NCBI GenBank assembly: GCA_947446575.1
Contig: CANFHC010000007.1
Span: 65,763 to 129,762, forward strand
DNA from: Bacteriovoracaceae bacterium
GTDB lineage: Bacteria; Bdellovibrionota; Bacteriovoracia; Bacteriovoracales; Bacteriovoracaceae
Length of the DNA stretch: 64,000 nt
Reading direction: 5' to 3'
Positions within the stretch are counted from its first letter, which is position 1; every line of letters begins with the position of its first letter. Positions 18,259-26,240 of this stretch are shown here, in pieces. A program made the position numbers and the translations under genes. The notes under the pieces are model-generated. The model saw only the letters and a list, made by a program, of their open reading frames with translations, was not told the origin of the DNA and did no database searches.

Positions 18259-18444
18259 CTAAAGCAGAGTAATACCTTTTTTCTTAATCTTCTGAAAATA
18301 ATTCTGGATGGCGTTTTCAGTCCTTCCGTAATGTTCAGATAATTGTTTCCGAGACCATCCATCTATAAAGCGTAACTTTGCCAACTCACGCAAATCGACT
18401 CTTGGTTCTTGCCACTCAATCAGGTGTGATAAATCAACCGACAA
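18259..18444 (-). CDS. Small helix-turn-helix protein (61 aa), with a truncated second copy at 20406..20597
   Basis: ...LRELAKLRFIDGWSRKQLSEHYGRTENAIQNYFQKIKKKG is HTH-like, possibly a remnant of a transposase or σ-region-4-type DNA-binding domain. Confidence 0.4.
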   Translation of the reverse strand: MSVDLSHLIEWQEPRVDLRELAKLRFIDGWSRKQLSEHYGRTENAIQNYFQKIKKKGITLL

Positions 18445-18509
18445 TAGTGGTTCGTCGATCTTTGCATGGCAGGCACCAATTGGAAGACTAGACGAACCAT
18501 TTAATTTAC

Positions 18510-19031
18510 TTAAAAAACCAATAACAATGAAGAAATTTCCTTTAGATTGTTGAGATAAACTTTTCTTCCCTCACCGCAATCCAAAAAATAAATATTATCA
18601 ATAAAATCTTTATTGTTAATCTGTTCCTTCTTTTCAAGACAAGAATTTCCCCAGTAATTTATTGTATTTTCTTTTTTAAATAAATCTCGATTTGAAATAT
18701 TTGGAAAAAATGTAACAGCGAAAATTTTACCATCAGAAGAAACACCTATGGACCATTTTTGAATATCCAAATTCTTATCTAGATAAATCCAATACTCTTT
18801 ATTCTTTTTTCCTTCACGTAAAATAGAATTAGGAGGACCAAAAACGGCAGTTATTTTTTCACTATTCCAATTTTCATGCTTAATCTTGTTCAGCAACTCC
18901 CATTCATTTTCTTGCTTATTTATTTTATCTGAAACGTGTGGGTGTGTTGTGCAGCCTAAAATGACAAGTAAGAAAATAATGTTTTTAAAAAGTGATATCA
19001 TTTTTTTATACCTAAAATATTTTTTATGCAT
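18510..19031 (-). CDS. Lipoprotein, copy 3 (intact), paralogue of 14301..14789
   Basis: The lipobox is ILGC|T. The conserved motifs W.IYLDKN...WSIGVS...FFPNISN...YWGNSC...LDCGEGRKVYLNNL are present. Confidence 0.6.
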   Translation of the reverse strand: MHKKYFRYKKMISLFKNIIFLLVILGCTTHPHVSDKINKQENEWELLNKIKHENWNSEKITAVFGPPNSILREGKKNKEYWIYLDKNLDIQKWSIGVSSDGKIFAVTFFPNISNRDLFKKENTINYWGNSCLEKKEQINNKDFIDNIYFLDCGEGRKVYLNNLKEISSLLLVF

Positions 19032-19712
19032 TTTTCAATACTGCTACTGATTGCACTGTTATGTTTTTTATCAATCAAAATATGCTCAACATTATTCGCA
19101 AAATCTTCTTCGGGACCTAGTATTCCATCAGTTTCAGAAAATTTTTTTCGAGTTGTTTTAAAATTACTAGACTCTTGTCCCAACCAATCTGCTGCTTTGT
19201 AATAGCTTTTTCGCTCATCATCCGACAGTTTCTTTAAATAACAAATGGGCCATTTCATGAGCTAGGATTCTTTTATAACCAAATGTCTGTGCGTTATCAT
19301 AAAAAACAATGATTGATTCATCGGGCGCTGCCGTTGATGGATTATCTGGAAAAGCTGATCTAATAGCTCTGAGTAGAGTTATTTCTCCCTGATCTCTTAA
19401 CATTTTTGGAAGTTTTGCAATTTCTTTTTCTAATGATTTTTTCTCTCTTGGACTCCACGCTTTAAAAAGTTCTAGTTGATTAGGCCAACCTTCTGGCATG
19501 CTCGAAAGATATTTCAAAATAAGAGGTTTAGAGAAAGTAGATACTTTGCAATACGCTTCAACGTTAGATGAATTTACAAAAGTACCGTTCGTGCGATAAT
19601 AAGAAGTTCGAGGATGCGCATTTACAAGAAATTGCCCCTCCGGGCATTCAAGGGCAAAGACCGAATGAGATAAAAGACTGATAATAGTAATAAAAAAGTA
19701 TCTATTCATCAA
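18998..19712 (-). pseudogene. HExxH putative metallopeptidase, copy 3, with a single-base frameshift inside 'ttgttatttaaagaaactg' at about 19225-19245
   Basis: The 164 aa N-terminal ORF (signal peptide, ECPEGQ, ...AHEMAHLLF) and the 86 aa C-terminal ORF (...GPEEDFANNVEHILI...) are adjacent collinear frames of the copy-1 protein. Confidence 0.55.
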
Positions 19713-19818
19713 AAAATTTTAATTTACCTCTAGATGCAAGTCAACGAAACTGAGGCTTTCAACCAAGTACAATACTCTATAGCTTTGACAAAATGTTCGG
19801 AATAGCGTACATTGACGT

Positions 19819-20109
19819 ATGGTTGTTTTTTAAAAATTTAAAGAATATTCAGATTGGTATGAAGAACAAACGGCCAAAATAAGGGCACAAATTGATGGCC
19901 GACTTGAGAAAATTCGCGACTTCGGCCATTACGGACATGTGAAGAAACTAAGTTCCGTTTTATATGAAATTAAATTTAACAATGGAAATCGAATTTATTA
20001 CACAGAGAGGATGATCAACGGAGAAGTATTGATTTTAATCCAAGGAGGAAATAAAAATGGACAAGACAAAGATATCAAAAAAGCCCAAAAAGCAGCCGAA
20101 AAAATCCAT
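19819..20109 (+). pseudogene. HigB-like 'addiction-module killer' (RelE/ParE-superfamily) gene with TAA at codon 5 (19831-19833)
   Basis: ATG GTT GTT TTT TAA is followed in frame by KFKEYSDWYEEQTAKIRAQIDGRLEKIRDFGHYGHVKKLSSVLYEIKFNNGNRIYYTERMINGEVLILIQGGNKNGQDKDIKKAQKAAEKI. This matches the conserved GDVK.VG.G..ELRI..G.GYRVYF....II.LL.GGDK..QDKDI.KAK pattern of HigB-type killer proteins. Confidence 0.6.
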
Positions 20110-20386
20110 GATGATTAATGGAATAGAACTTTTCAATCACGATCCATCCCTAATCTTTAAGAATCATAAAGAAATTAAGCTAGCACTCTTTGAGGCGTTG
20201 TTTGATGGAGACAAGGAAGCTTTTGTTGATATTTTATCAGGCTATGTGCGCGCACATAATATTTTAGAGGTTTGCCAGCGAACGGGTTTAAGCCGTACCG
20301 TAGTTTATGAGGCCATCAGTGATAATGGCAACCCATCGCTGGATACATTGTGTAAGATAATGACTTCGTTTAAAAAAGTGGCGTAA
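20057..20386 (+). CDS. HigA-like addiction-module antidote (HTH DNA-binding) protein
   Basis: The 109 aa gene overlaps the killer gene 3' end in the +1 frame. The C-terminal HTH reads ...VCQRTGLSRTVVYEAISDNGNPSLDTLCKIM. Confidence 0.6.
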   Translation: MDKTKISKKPKKQPKKSMMINGIELFNHDPSLIFKNHKEIKLALFEALFDGDKEAFVDILSGYVRAHNILEVCQRTGLSRTVVYEAISDNGNPSLDTLCKIMTSFKKVA

Positions 20387-20405
20387 ACACATTCACAATT
20401 AAAGC

Positions 20406-20597
20406 TCAAAAACCTTTCTTTTTAATATTTTGAAAATAATTTTGAATGGCCATCTCTGTCCACCCATAATGTTCTGCTAATCGTTGCCTCGACCATCCAT
20501 CAATAAAGCGTAGTTTTGCCATCTCCGCTAGATTCACTCTCAACTCGCGCCACTGGATCGTGTAAAGTGTCCCTGTCGTCAGTGGTTCTTCTACCTT
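20406..20597 (-). pseudogene. Degenerate second copy of the small HTH ORF (no proper start; MAKLRFIDGWSRQRLAEHYGWTEMAIQNYFQNIKKKGF*)
   Basis: It is about 70% nucleotide similarity to 18290-18430. An upstream in-frame TAG and the absence of ATG leave a 38 aa Met-initiated remnant. Confidence 0.4.
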
Positions 20598-20604
20598 ATT
20601 GCGA

Positions 20605-20634
20605 CGGGCACCATCTATACGACTAGTGCAAACT
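20605..20634 (+). repeat. att-type direct repeat, copy 3 (cgggcaccatctatacgactagtgcaaact)
   Basis: It matches the tRNA-Leu 3' end and flank (gcaccatctatacg.a.tagtg.aa) at 13966-13995 and 14137-14167. Confidence 0.65.
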
Positions 20635-20680
20635 AAATTGATTAATCTTCTTCTAACCTAAACATTTTTATCAATTTTTT

Positions 20681-21604
20681 TTAATGTCGTTTTAAAGCAG
20701 CATCTAGATAACTCTTAGCCACAAAAGGATTGGACAAAAAATTATTCATTTTTAAAATTTGTTCAGAGGAATAAAAGCTAGATTTATAGAACTTAGCATA
20801 TGACTCAATTAACCAGTAAGTGGCATCTGACGTACTAATTCTTAACTCCGCTGCAGGGTAAGACATAATTACATCATATACAGAATTGGCTATATTTTTT
20901 GTCTTAAAGTTAGCTACAAGATAAGAGGCATATCTCTTAATTCTTTCATCTTTTGATTTTAGTGCCTCAATTACTAAAGGTTCTAAAGACGATAACTGTT
21001 TTTTAGACATTACGACTGAGCCATTAGAATATGTAATTTTATCTTGCTTAAAGTTTGAACCTAATGCTTCATAAAATCTTTTATCTTTTCCAAATCCTAG
21101 GTCGTTTGCCATGATTGTAAAAGGACGATCTGGTTCATCGGTATTTGAAGAGAACAGTTCAACATTTCCAGAAAGTGGTGAAAAGTCATAATAAAAAAAC
21201 ATTGAAGATTTTAATTGTAATTTTTCGGAATCAAATTCACGAATCCCTCTATTCGTAGAAACGAAAATATTTCCTGAATTAGAATTTTTAACAAAATCAT
21301 TTACGAGAAGAGATTCAACTCCCTGTCCACCATATGAAAGTAGTAACTTGTGAGAGTTTTTATCATAGACTTGAAAACCATCTCCTCTCCAATCATATTC
21401 GCCACCAGAGCCAAATGCGATCCAGATCTGATTATCAAATTCTTTTACAGTAACAATTAAGCAGCCATACTCAGGACAGAGGTTAATTATCTGAAGTTTA
21501 AACTTATCGTTCTTTATTTTTATAAAAATTTCTTTGCAAAATGATCCTCCCTCTTGACTCTGATCTAAGTTTTGACATTTTAAATACTCAACATTGATAT
21601 GCAT
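20681..21604 (-). CDS. Hypothetical protein; the ORF track extends it to 21769 (362 aa), but the upstream part overlaps the ORF6N fragment, and the internal Met at 21604 (307 aa) is more likely
   Basis: It is a long open frame with no signal peptide and no family recognised by eye. Confidence 0.4.
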   Translation of the reverse strand: MHINVEYLKCQNLDQSQEGGSFCKEIFIKIKNDKFKLQIINLCPEYGCLIVTVKEFDNQIWIAFGSGGEYDWRGDGFQVYDKNSHKLLLSYGGQGVESLLVNDFVKNSNSGNIFVSTNRGIREFDSEKLQLKSSMFFYYDFSPLSGNVELFSSNTDEPDRPFTIMANDLGFGKDKRFYEALGSNFKQDKITYSNGSVVMSKKQLSSLEPLVIEALKSKDERIKRYASYLVANFKTKNIANSVYDVIMSYPAAELRISTSDATYWLIESYAKFYKSSFYSSEQILKMNNFLSNPFVAKSYLDAALKRH

Positions 21605-21713
21605 TTTATCATTTATCAGAAACTCATTAACTACCCCGTTTGCAGGTAGACCTCTTCTAGATTCAAGTCTAGGGTTAATGATTGATCCTGCTTTTAGCGA
21701 GAAAGATGTTGAA

Positions 21714-21959
21714 ATGCTATCAAGTGTTTTATCAAGTGACCGTGCTGTTGAAATTAATATCTCAATCATGAGAATTTTTACAAAACTTAGAAGTTTTCAT
21801 GCACTTGAAAGTAATTTAGCCACAGAACTCCAAAATTTTAAGGATAATGTAAATGGTCTATTTAAAGTTGTTTTTACTAGATTGGATGGCATTGAAGATG
21901 ATCTAACACCAAAACTTTCAGAGCAGCGAAAAAAAATTGGAATCAAGGTTGAATCTTAA
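21714..21959 (+). pseudogene. Truncated duplicate of the ORF6N-protein C-terminal half (N-terminal DNA-binding domain missing)
   Basis: MLSSVLSSDRAVEINISIMRIFTKLRSFHALESNLATELQNFKDNVNGLFKVVFTRLDGIEDDLTPKLSEQRKKIGIKVES is about 70% identical to residues 95-175 of 15627..16154. Confidence 0.5.
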
Positions 21960-21989
21960 AGATTAAGGTTCCAAATTGGAACCTTAATA

Positions 21990-22022
21990 GCTCAGTTCGA
22001 AGATCGTCAACTCCGGTGCACT
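21990..22022 (+). repeat. att-like repeat A3 (gctcagttcgaagatcgtcaactccggtgcac), the probable distal boundary of the island
   Basis: About 29 of 33 nt are identical to A1 and A2, and a palindrome precedes it at 21965-21987. Confidence 0.6.
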
Positions 22023-22059
22023 ATCTTATATTATTTGTATCTAGATTCCTAAAAAATAT

Positions 22060-23784
22060 TCAAACGTCGATAAATCGATGATCCTCACTTGCTGGTAAAT
22101 TAATCTTATTCGTTTTATCTTGCTTCAAGCTAATTGGTAAAGTCGGTTTTGTTTTTGTTATAACACTTTTAACTATTTTTTCATTGTTAATATATGCTGC
22201 TTTCTTTGTATTATCTTTGTTGCCGCCCTCTATAGTTTTAGTCAAATCGAAGATTAGTTCTTTTAGTAAATGCGCTTCTTGAGATAATGCTCCTGCCGCA
22301 TTAGAAGATTCAGTTGCATTGGCAGTATTTTGTTGAGTTACCTGATCGAGTTGAGCAATGGCTTTGGTAATTTCTTGCATTCCCTGAGATTGCTCCTGGC
22401 TTGCACTTGAAATTTCAGTAATTGAATTAGATACACTTGCCACCGATTTAACGATTTCACTCAAGACCTCACCAGATTCATTGGCAACTCTAATACCTGC
22501 TTCAACGTTTAGTTTTCCATCTGCGATTAATTTCCCAACTTTATCTTGAGAATTTTTAGCTATTTCTTCTACTCTTTGAACGCTACTTTCTAGCATTGTT
22601 GTTATTTCGACAGCAGCGTTACCACTCATTGATGCCAAATTCCCAATCTCTTCAGCTACAACTGCAAATCCTTTTCCATGTTCTCCAGCTCTGGCTGCTT
22701 CTACAGATGCATTGAAAGAAAGCAGCTTGGTTTGAAATACAATGTCATTGATAACTTTAGTCTTAATACCAATTTCACCAATGACCTTAATAATATTCTC
22801 CATCTCTTGGTTGTTATGATTAACCTGGCCCATAATGCTATCGTTACTTGCATTAATAGCACCAATGGATTTAATCATATTGTTTACGATAACTTTTCCT
22901 TTTTCTGCAATATCTAAACTTTTTTGAGAGTTAACAGTTGATTGCTTGGCATTTGCAGAGTTTGAACTAATCATTGAACTTATTTCTTCAACAGATGAAG
23001 ATGTTTCTTGTAATGAGGACGCTTGTTCAATACTAGCTTGAGATAGTTCTTCAGAAGCAGAGGCGATTTGGGTAGCGGTACTGCTGACTTGGGAACTTGA
23101 TCTTTCAAGTTCTGTTGATATATGTGTAATAGAATTTACAGCTGACGAAATAGTTTTCCAAAGGAGAATGAAACCTATAAATATAGATGCCCCCAGGCCC
23201 AAACTTACCCAAAGATATGTCGTCTTGGCGGCAGCTTCACTTTTTGCCATTCGTTCAATATTTAATTTGTCTTCCATTTGAGTGGCATCATAAATAATCT
23301 TTCGAAAGCCATCCATCGAAACTTTCCCTAGACCTTTTTTTAAAATAGTTTGAAACTCATCAATAGATATTTTTTTAGCATCTAAATCCATTCTTGCTTT
23401 CATCTCAGTGGATTCAGCAATTTCGAGCCATTGATTTTTTATATTACCAGCTTCTGTCAATCGCTTCGTTTGAGTAGGATTATCACTAACAGTTACTTTT
23501 AGTTTTTCAAGTGCGGGATCAAACTTCTCCTTTGCTCCAATAAATGGCTCTAGAAACTTTTTATCTCCACTCATTAAATAACCACGTTCTCCAGTTTCCA
23601 TATCGATCAACATGCTCTGAAGCTCTTTAAAAGATGCAATTGCATCGTCTGTATGTTTCACCCAACCAAATGTAGACACCATATTTGAAACATTGAAATA
23701 TATGACAAGAGCAACTGTCACCGAAAGTAGCGCGGACAGCAGAGCAGATAAGATAATTTTTGCTTTTAAAGATAATGTATTCAT
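22060..23784 (-). CDS. Methyl-accepting chemotaxis protein
   Basis: An N-terminal transmembrane helix precedes a periplasmic ligand-binding region, a second transmembrane helix, a HAMP domain and the conserved MCP signalling domain (...[19 protein letters not shown]...). Confidence 0.85.
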   Translation of the reverse strand: MNTLSLKAKIILSALLSALLSVTVALVIYFNVSNMVSTFGWVKHTDDAIASFKELQSMLIDMETGERGYLMSGDKKFLEPFIGAKEKFDPALEKLKVTVSDNPTQTKRLTEAGNIKNQWLEIAESTEMKARMDLDAKKISIDEFQTILKKGLGKVSMDGFRKIIYDATQMEDKLNIERMAKSEAAAKTTYLWVSLGLGASIFIGFILLWKTISSAVNSITHISTELERSSSQVSSTATQIASASEELSQASIEQASSLQETSSSVEEISSMISSNSANAKQSTVNSQKSLDIAEKGKVIVNNMIKSIGAINASNDSIMGQVNHNNQEMENIIKVIGEIGIKTKVINDIVFQTKLLSFNASVEAARAGEHGKGFAVVAEEIGNLASMSGNAAVEITTMLESSVQRVEEIAKNSQDKVGKLIADGKLNVEAGIRVANESGEVLSEIVKSVASVSNSITEISSASQEQSQGMQEITKAIAQLDQVTQQNTANATESSNAAGALSQEAHLLKELIFDLTKTIEGGNKDNTKKAAYINNEKIVKSVITKTKPTLPISLKQDKTNKINLPASEDHRFIDV

Positions 23785-24086
23785 TTGAGATATTCCTACT
23801 ATTTTAATTAAGGCCGCTTAATTGATTTACTAAGCTATCGGACGATAAGATAAAATATGAACGAAAAGTTCACTTTTATAATGAATCTTGAGGAAGAATT
23901 ATAGTTAGTAATCAATAATTCTTTCACTTGATTCTTAATTAGCGTTGCCAAAAGTTTAAGCAAAAAACAAGCTTAATAGCAACTTCTCTCCTGTATATAT
24001 GCCGGGAAGCAATGTTCCCCAAAAGGTATGTTGGAACCTAATTAATAGTTACACTTTGTTTTTGGTTGAAATAAGATTCTAGAATA

Positions 24087-24494
24087 TTATTTTTCTTTTT
24101 TATTATCCGTTTTAATGCCGATTCTCTCAAGGTCTTCTATGACCGATCTACCACTATCTCCATATCCATAGCCAATTGATCGCGGAGGAGGTTGAAACTC
24201 ATCAGGAGTACCTGCAGGGACTTTAGAGAAGTCATTGTGATATTCACCATCATCTTGGTCTTTTTCGTGCACTTTACTTTCTTCTATCTCTTGTTTTTCA
24301 CGCCCCCTGTTTGAAACATTATTGTACCAAGCAAGAACTGCTAATAAAGGCATAATTATTGTAACTGCAATACCGAAGTACTGAGCGAATCCACCAAATA
24401 AAACCACTCCAGCAATCACCAGTAATGCAAGCATTGAGCTAGTAAATTTATTCAACATCGAAGCTCCAAGAAAAAATTGTTTTGAAAGTAGCAC
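24087..24494 (-). CDS. Small membrane protein with an acidic C-terminus; start perhaps at the internal MLNKF...
   Basis: Two hydrophobic helices are followed by a charged tail. Confidence 0.4.
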   Translation of the reverse strand: MLLSKQFFLGASMLNKFTSSMLALLVIAGVVLFGGFAQYFGIAVTIIMPLLAVLAWYNNVSNRGREKQEIEESKVHEKDQDDGEYHNDFSKVPAGTPDEFQPPPRSIGYGYGDSGRSVIEDLERIGIKTDNKKEK

Positions 24495-24570
24495 TTCTAA
24501 ATGTTATTTTGAATTATTGCCGATGTATTGACAATCTAGCAGCGCAATGAAGACTGGAATCAACTAAAAG

Positions 24571-25362
24571 ATGCATTACTACAAAACAACAATTCAATAC
24601 GAAGGCACAAACTACGCTGGTTTCCAGTGGCAAAACGGACTTAAAACTATTCAAAGCGAATTTAATAGCGCTGTTTCCAAACTGCTTGATGGAAAATTCA
24701 CAACAATGGCCGCCTCTAGAACAGACACTGGAGTTCATGCTATAGAACAAGTTGTGAAAATTAGCGCAGAGAATCCAATTGATCTTTTATCCTTTGTAAA
24801 AACATTTAATCATTTTCTTCCACGAAATATTAGCTGCCTTGATATTAATGAATGCGCGGGTCTCTTCAGACCAGCATCTGCAGAATCAAAAGAGTATCGG
24901 TATTTTTTTACTAATAAGACTCGGGTTTCAAAAGCAGAACAACAGTTTATTGGAAATATTTCTAATCCACTTAATATTGAAGAGATGATGACTTGTGTTC
25001 GGGCACTTGTGGGAACTCATGATTTTTGTAATTTTTATTCAATAGGAAGTAATGTAAAAAGCTCAATTCGTTGTATATCGGTCTGTGAGTTATCAGAGAT
25101 TAATCCTCATGTTATATTTTCTAATTTCGAGTTGTTTAAAATCCCAAGCGAGCTTGACAGCTGTTATCAATTACAAATTCAAGCCAATGGATTTTTAAAA
25201 CAAATGATAAGGCATATTGTAAGCGCTTTGTGGATGGTTGGAACTGGAAAACTCTCTGGCGATGACTTTCTAGCTTTATTAAATGGCCCAAAAATTGACA
25301 AGCAGTTGTGGAAAGTCGCAAGTCCTAATGGACTTTTCCTTTATCAAATATTTTACTCTTAG
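24571..25362 (+). CDS. truA: tRNA pseudouridine(38-40) synthase
   Basis: The TruA pattern reads ...YEGTNYAGFQWQ...AASRTDTGVHA (the catalytic Asp motif), and the length is 263 aa. Confidence 0.85.
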   Translation: MHYYKTTIQYEGTNYAGFQWQNGLKTIQSEFNSAVSKLLDGKFTTMAASRTDTGVHAIEQVVKISAENPIDLLSFVKTFNHFLPRNISCLDINECAGLFRPASAESKEYRYFFTNKTRVSKAEQQFIGNISNPLNIEEMMTCVRALVGTHDFCNFYSIGSNVKSSIRCISVCELSEINPHVIFSNFELFKIPSELDSCYQLQIQANGFLKQMIRHIVSALWMVGTGKLSGDDFLALLNGPKIDKQLWKVASPNGLFLYQIFYS

Positions 25363-25363
25363 T

Positions 25364-25576
25364 TTAGTAATGAGGTGGAACATCGTCCTCTAAAGTTCTC
25401 TGGCCAGAGGCCCCTTCTGATTGAGAAAGCTTAAGATCTCTAATATCAAGTTGTAGCTTTTCAATTGCTAACTGTTGATTGGCCACAATTTTATTTAATT
25501 GATCTAATAAATAATCTTGATGCGAAAATTTTATTTCAAGCTCAGCAATACTTTTTCCCAGCATTAATACTCCCAA
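25364..25576 (-). CDS. slyX: SlyX-family coiled-coil protein
   Basis: The 70 aa product has a heptad coiled coil and the characteristic C-terminal ...PPHY. Confidence 0.6.
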   Translation of the reverse strand: MGVLMLGKSIAELEIKFSHQDYLLDQLNKIVANQQLAIEKLQLDIRDLKLSQSEGASGQRTLEDDVPPHY

Positions 25577-25610
25577 TTTATTATCTATAAAGTTGCGCTA
25601 ATTTTGAAAA

Positions 25611-26120
25611 TCATTTTTTCACCAAGTCGTCAGAGCACGTTGTTTTTAAAAGCAGAAAATGAGTCGTGGCTCCAGCACCAACTTCATCGAATTGATTAAA
25701 GACAGTGAGCTCCAATAGGTCTTGTCCGACTTTTTTAAAATCAATTTTTATGTGTAAGTTAAAAACTTTATCGGGATTTGTCGTAAACCGAATTTTGTCA
25801 TCAAATGAATAGTGATCACCAAATTCATCTGAAATCGTTAATCCACGATCAGGAGGTAAATAACTTAACTGCATATGGTGTCCATCACTAAATTTTCCTA
25901 GATAGATAAAAAATTTAATGGCCGGAATTTGTGTTCTAGTTTCTGCATCTAAAAAAGGGGAAGTGTCTGGAGCAATTTCTGTTTCAAGTGGATTGTCTGA
26001 TTCGACAACTCTTTGATTTACGCTCTTTGTTTGATAGCAACCAAAGTATTGATCAAAGTGTCCTTCGGCATTAGCAACAAAAGGCAGTAGTACAAAAATG
26101 GTTATAATAATGGCTTTCAT
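25611..26120 (-). CDS. Secreted hypothetical protein
   Basis: It has a signal peptide (MKAIIITIFVLLPFVANA) and no recognised family. Confidence 0.45.
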   Translation of the reverse strand: MKAIIITIFVLLPFVANAEGHFDQYFGCYQTKSVNQRVVESDNPLETEIAPDTSPFLDAETRTQIPAIKFFIYLGKFSDGHHMQLSYLPPDRGLTISDEFGDHYSFDDKIRFTTNPDKVFNLHIKIDFKKVGQDLLELTVFNQFDEVGAGATTHFLLLKTTCSDDLVKK

Positions 26121-26240
26121 TGCTATGCTCCCAGAATGTCTTTTGGAAGAATTTATAGCAAGAAACAGGGCCTATCAAAACAAAATTATTTTCAATAACC
26201 CCTTCTAAATATTAACTGCGATTAAGAAATGAGTCGCAAA

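Noticed and set aside
21594-21713. N-terminal 40 codons of the plus-strand ORF 21594..21959 (MICILSFIRNSL…)
   Set aside because: This part has no similarity to the ORF6N protein and overlaps the likely start region of the minus-strand gene. Only the part from Met-41 (21714) onwards is homologous and retained.
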